Program-made: the position numbers and the translations under genes
Shown: piece by piece, positions 28,305 through 32,000 of the stretch
How positions within the stretch are numbered: the stretch's first letter is position 1
Layout: every line of letters starts with the position of its first letter
The notes under the pieces: generated by a model
Told to the model about the DNA's origin: nothing
Database searches by the model: none
Seen by the model: the letters and a program-made list of their open reading frames with translations, nothing else
Assembly: GCF_005696695.1 (NCBI RefSeq)
Contig: NZ_CP040006.1
Location: forward strand, 1,560,001 to 1,592,000
Length of the DNA: 32,000 bases
Origin: Schaalia odontolytica
GTDB lineage: Bacteria > Actinomycetota > Actinomycetes > Actinomycetales > Actinomycetaceae
Direction: 5' to 3'

Positions 28305-31127
28305 ATGGAGACACGACATCCCCTGACCATCCCCGCGGCCATCGTGCTGGGCACCGCGGTCGTCGCCACCGCTCTGCCCCTGCCGAGCAGCACCCCGGCA
28401 ACCGCCACTGGCACGGCGCACGTCACCCGCGCCTACACGGACAAGTCCACGCACGAACCGGGTAAGCAGGCAACGATCACGGCCGAGGCCTCGACCGAGG
28501 GAACCGTCCACTTCTCCGTCAGCCACCTCGGCGTCGAAATCGACTCGGGCGACGCCACCGTGACGAACGGCAAGGCCACCTGGACCTACACAACGCCGAA
28601 CGAAGACGGCCAAGGGTACCTCGTCACCGCGACCGGTGGGGACGGCACCCACGCAGAAACAGCCATCGACGCCTCCACAAGCTGGACGAGCTTCCCACGC
28701 ATGGGCTACCTCTCCCACTTCAAGCCCACCGCACCCGAAGGCACTGGCGGACACACCACCTACGAGGCGTTCCTCTTCCAGAAGCCGCAGGACTACATCG
28801 ACAAGCTCAGCCGGGACTACCACATCAACGCGCTGCAGTACTACGACTGGCAGTACCGCCACGAGCAGCCCGTCGCCACAGGCAACCTCGAGAACGAGTG
28901 GCCCCTGTGGTACCGGGACACCTACGCGTCGAAGAACACGATCAACAATTACATCCAAGACGCGAAGAACGCCAACATGGGCTCACTCGCCTACTCGATG
29001 GCGTACGCGGCCAACGACAACTACGACACGAACACCATCAAGGACGAGTGGCGTCTGCGTGAGGACAACGGATCCTATTGGGTTCGCGACCTCGGCGAGC
29101 AGTGGTGGGTACCAACCCCCAAGGGCGTGGACAAACCCAAGAGTCACCAGTTCATGATGAACGTCAACAACGAAGACTGGCGCACCTACATCACCGGGCA
29201 ATACAAGACGCAGAAGACCGAATTCAAATTCAACGGCACTCACATCGACACGCTCGGGCAAACCTCGAAGAAGGACGCCTCCGGCAATCCTGTTGACCTA
29301 ACCGACGGCCTGGCAGCCCTCGTTGATGACACGCACAAGAACGTCGGCGGCCAGGTAGGCATCAACCTGCCCGACGGTGCAGGAAGCGAGAAGATCAACA
29401 AGGCGTCCGCCGCCTACATGTACACGGAATTGTGGGACCACAACGAGACAAACGCACAGGTTGCGTCTTACCTGCAGAGCGCTCGCAACAATGCCGGTAA
29501 CAAGCCGCAGATCGTGGCCGCATACGCAAACAACTACGACCCCACAATCTCCTTGCCCGATCCGAAGGATTCTAAGAAGACGATCCATCCGGGCGTGACT
29601 CCGGACGAGGGTACGCGCATCGAGGCCGAGTCCGACCAGGCGAGCGTGAGCGGCGGCGTCCAGATCCTCTCCGGCGACGATTCCGCGTCGGGTGGCGCCT
29701 ACGCGGGCAACTTCTCCGGGGGCGGCAGCACCGTCACCTTCACCGTCGACGCCGGTCAGGGCGGCACCTTCACGCTTGCGACGCGATACGCCAGGCAGGA
29801 TGCGGACGCCGGCTTCCACCAGATGATCCTTGACATGGGTAAGACCGAGCAGAAGCTCATCAAGTACGCCCACTTCGACGCCACGGGCAGCTACTACACG
29901 TGGAAGGACATGACGGAGACCATCGAGCTCACGCCCGGTACCCACACGATCTCCTTCTGGGTCCCCAACGACATGAATTACACGCCCGTCAACATCGACT
30001 GCATCACCTTCCGCGAATTCAACGCGGATTCCGTCAAGCTCGCAGACGCGGCATTCGCGGCGAACGGCGCGCACCACCTGGAGCTCGGCGACTACGGGCG
30101 CATGCTGGACAACGAGTTCTTCGTGAACTCTGGGCGCTCCATGTCCGCTGACCTCCAGACGTGGATGAAGAACTACTACAACATCTCCACCGCCTACGAG
30201 AACCTGCTCTTCGGTGACAACCTGACGCGCAAGGAACGCCAGGTCGAGGTCTCGACGAATGGCGTGGGCCTGCCGACCTCGACGGACGGTGCCGCGAACA
30301 CGATCTGGGCGAACACGATGACGTCCAAAGCGGGCACGGCCCTGCACCTGATCAACCTGCGCACCAACGACAACGAGGGCAACGACGAGTACTGGCGCAA
30401 TGCCGCCAAGCCGATCCTCGCCTTCGATAACACGTCCGTCACCTACCACTTGGAGGACGGCGAGGCGATCCCCGGTTCGATCTTCGCCGTCAGCCCGGAC
30501 GTTGACGGTGGCCGCCCGACGCCCCTCGACTTCACGACGGGCACGGATGATCAGGGCCGCACGACGATCACCTTCAACGTGGGCCGCCTGGCCTCGTGGG
30601 ACATGGTGGTCTTCTCCCCCGCCACCTACGCGGACCGCGCAGCTGCTGCACCTCAGGCAGTGGACACGTCCGACAACGCCGCCACAACTGACGCGGACGA
30701 CGCGGGCCTCGTGCCCGCGACGATCGTCGGCCAGCTGCGCAACGGCCTCGGCCAGTGCCTGACCTCCCAGGATCCGAAGGGATCCAACGGCACCCCCGTG
30801 GCGAACAGCAAGTGCGCCGGGAACAGCGCCGCGCAGACGGTCATCTACGAGGGCGACGGGCACATCCGCATCGGCGACCGCTGCGTCGACGTCCTGGGCG
30901 GCTACACCGAGGAGGGCACGGTCGCGCACATGTGGACCTGCTACCCGGCTTTGGAATCCCAGAAGTGGGATCTCAACGAGAACGGCCAGCTCGAAAACCG
31001 CGCGTCCGGCCTGTGCCTGACGATCCCGGGCGACACGACGCGCGACGCCACGCAGGCGGTCATCTCGCAGTGCTCCGACTCCTCCAAGTCGCAGCGCTGG
31101 ACGCTCACAGACACCTCCGGACAGTAA
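28305..31127 (+). CDS. Secreted glycoside hydrolase family 66 (dextranase / cycloisomaltooligosaccharide glucanotransferase-like) with internal CBM35/CBM6-like module and C-terminal ricin-B (CBM13) domain
   Basis: ATG at 28305, preceded by GAGGAC. A signal peptide is present (METRHPLTIPAAIVLGTAVVATALPLPSS). GH66-like blocks: FPRMGYLSHF, YHINALQYYDWQYRHEQP, NGTHIDTLGQ, AYMYTELWD and GAHHLELGD. A CBM-like insert spans ~29590-30020 (RIEAES...YAGNF...NIDCITF). QxW repeats are present (ESQKWDL, SQRWTL). The upstream 36 codons of the track ORF were rejected. Confidence 0.8.
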   Translation: METRHPLTIPAAIVLGTAVVATALPLPSSTPATATGTAHVTRAYTDKSTHEPGKQATITAEASTEGTVHFSVSHLGVEIDSGDATVTNGKATWTYTTPNEDGQGYLVTATGGDGTHAETAIDASTSWTSFPRMGYLSHFKPTAPEGTGGHTTYEAFLFQKPQDYIDKLSRDYHINALQYYDWQYRHEQPVATGNLENEWPLWYRDTYASKNTINNYIQDAKNANMGSLAYSMAYAANDNYDTNTIKDEWRLREDNGSYWVRDLGEQWWVPTPKGVDKPKSHQFMMNVNNEDWRTYITGQYKTQKTEFKFNGTHIDTLGQTSKKDASGNPVDLTDGLAALVDDTHKNVGGQVGINLPDGAGSEKINKASAAYMYTELWDHNETNAQVASYLQSARNNAGNKPQIVAAYANNYDPTISLPDPKDSKKTIHPGVTPDEGTRIEAESDQASVSGGVQILSGDDSASGGAYAGNFSGGGSTVTFTVDAGQGGTFTLATRYARQDADAGFHQMILDMGKTEQKLIKYAHFDATGSYYTWKDMTETIELTPGTHTISFWVPNDMNYTPVNIDCITFREFNADSVKLADAAFAANGAHHLELGDYGRMLDNEFFVNSGRSMSADLQTWMKNYYNISTAYENLLFGDNLTRKERQVEVSTNGVGLPTSTDGAANTIWANTMTSKAGTALHLINLRTNDNEGNDEYWRNAAKPILAFDNTSVTYHLEDGEAIPGSIFAVSPDVDGGRPTPLDFTTGTDDQGRTTITFNVGRLASWDMVVFSPATYADRAAAAPQAVDTSDNAATTDADDAGLVPATIVGQLRNGLGQCLTSQDPKGSNGTPVANSKCAGNSAAQTVIYEGDGHIRIGDRCVDVLGGYTEEGTVAHMWTCYPALESQKWDLNENGQLENRASGLCLTIPGDTTRDATQAVISQCSDSSKSQRWTLTDTSGQ

Positions 31128-31166
31128 CGTCCCCCTCCCCGGCACGGGCACGGCCGGGGAGGGACG
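31128..31166 (+). terminator. GC hairpin immediately after the GH66 stop
   Basis: ctccccgg / ccggggag is a perfect 8-bp stem, extended by cgtcc / ggacg with a 2-nt bulge. There is no U-tract. Confidence 0.4.
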
Positions 31167-31191
31167 CAGTGCCCGCGCGCTGCACACAAGA

Positions 31192-31233
31192 CTCGGCCCC
31201 GGCCTCGTCACTATGAACGAGGCCGGGGCCGAG
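31192..31233. terminator. Perfect 17-bp hairpin (family member) between convergent genes
   Basis: ctcggccccggcctcgt (31192-31208) / acgaggccggggccgag (31217-31233) with an 8-nt loop. The minus-strand RNA continues TCTTGTGTG. Confidence 0.55.
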
Positions 31234-31251
31234 CCTGACGCTCGCGGGCCG

Positions 31252-31602
31252 TCAGGAGCGAGCGACCTCCACAGCGGTGGTCTGCGCGAGGTTGGACAGA
31301 GCGGTCACGAACTGCGCGATCAGCTTGCGGTTACGGCTGTCCTGCATGAGGTTGGGCAGGCCCTTGGTCGTGCAGGTGACCTCAACGACGGTGCCGGCCT
31401 CGGAGGGAATAAAACCGACGACGATGTTCTCGCCCCAGGACATCATGCCCATCGGGGTATCGAAGGTGACAACCTGACGGTTGGGGTCGGCGAGCGTCAC
31501 GGTCGCCTTCGGAACGGACTGCGCGGCCGGGATAGCGAGCTGGAACAGCTGCTCGAACGGCACGTCGAACTGGAATGCCTGGGTCGTGGAACGCATACCC
31601 AT
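31252..31602 (-). CDS. Hypothetical small cytosolic protein
   Basis: 116 aa. AAGGAG (rc of 31611-31616) lies 8 nt upstream of the ATG at 31602. GC3-rich codon usage. No family was recognised. Confidence 0.65.
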   Translation of the reverse strand: MGMRSTTQAFQFDVPFEQLFQLAIPAAQSVPKATVTLADPNRQVVTFDTPMGMMSWGENIVVGFIPSEAGTVVEVTCTTKGLPNLMQDSRNRKLIAQFVTALSNLAQTTAVEVARS

Positions 31603-31832
31603 GGGAGTGTCTCCTTAAGGATCTCAGTGTGCACAGTCGGCGCGCACGGGTGACGCGTCAACCGGTGAAGAAGGGGCCACGCGCACGATCGCGGACACCT
31701 CGGTGTGGCGCTGCGGATGCGCGACTTCTTCCAGCTGGTTCAGCGTAGCAGCACGCGCACAAATCTCCTATTCCGTCCCCAGAAATGACCGCAACCTTCG
31801 TTGAGAAAGCAGATGCCGGGCCCATAGACGCA

Positions 31833-31870
31833 GGCGGGCGGCGAGACGTCATCCGTCTCGCCGCCCGCCC
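31833..31870 (-). terminator. GC hairpin downstream of a partial minus-strand ORF
   Basis: ggcgggcggcgagacg / cgtctcg(g)ccgcccgcc is a 16-bp stem with a 1-nt bulge and a 5-nt loop. There is no U-tract. Confidence 0.35.
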
Positions 31871-31897
31871 TGTTCACAGAAGTGACAGCGCCTTACT

Positions 31898-32000
31898 CAG
31901 GACCGCGGCTCAAAGGGGCTGACCGACACCGAGGGCATCTCCTGGCACACGCGCAAGGTCAGCTGCAGGCTCGTCGCGCCGGTGCCAGCCTCGGGCATGA
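31898..32000 (-). CDS. Possible 3' end of a CDS running into the window from the right edge
   Basis: An open frame runs from the window edge to TGA (rc of 31898-31900). Third codon positions are almost all G/C. The C-terminal peptide reads ...MPEAGTGATSLQLTLRVCQEMPSVSVSPFEPRS. It is too short to identify. Confidence 0.3.

Noticed and set aside
31658-31852. 64-aa ORF on the minus strand.
   Set aside because: It has no SD and an Ala/Arg/Gly-rich translation, and it overlaps the 31833-31870 hairpin. It is more likely an untranslated intergenic/promoter region for the 31252-31602 gene.

Overview
This is high-GC actinobacterial chromosomal DNA, Actinomyces-like by gene content and synteny, which is inference only. 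The window divides into four parts. (1) 1-5300: the promoter-proximal part of an rRNA operon on the minus strand, comprising 23S (3' end cut by the window edge), a tRNA-free ITS, 16S, and a G/T-rich leader with a good TTGACT-17-TAGATT promoter. (2) 5.3-14 kb: core housekeeping genes, namely an ACT-fused malic enzyme, gatB-gatA-gatC, a two-HKD phospholipase D/cardiolipin-synthase-like gene, and ligA. (3) 14-26 kb: a large FHA-like/FtsK-SpoIIIE (EssC/EccC-like) membrane ATPase, whiB1-like plus pdtaS-like genes (the same pairing as M. tuberculosis Rv3219/Rv3220c), DUF2505-like, OsmC-like, thyA-folA, an MFS transporter, fumC, a TSUP permease, a KefG/MdaB-like flavoprotein and a TfoX-N-like protein. 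(4) 26.5-31.3 kb: a visibly less GC-rich, accessory-looking segment. It holds a 702-bp tandem duplication encoding two paralogous uncharacterised 4-TM proteins, followed by a secreted GH66 enzyme with an internal CBM35-like insertion (CITase-like architecture) and a C-terminal ricin-B lectin domain. I found no CRISPR array, transposase, integrase, tRNA or recognisable defence system. The observations I consider most worth follow-up are these. Two perfect TTATCCACA DnaA boxes sit inside an exact 14-mer direct repeat in the ligA / FtsK-like divergent promoter region. The FHA-FtsK-like ATPase is an orphan, with one intact and two degenerate P-loop modules. A stereotyped hairpin family (GCCCCGGCCTCGT / ACGAGGCCGGGGC) recurs about ten times, and a roughly 75-nt 3'-flank element is present in three copies. 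The duplicated membrane-protein cassette has selectively conserved leader and 5' codons. All functional calls come from by-eye motif recognition; no database search was possible.
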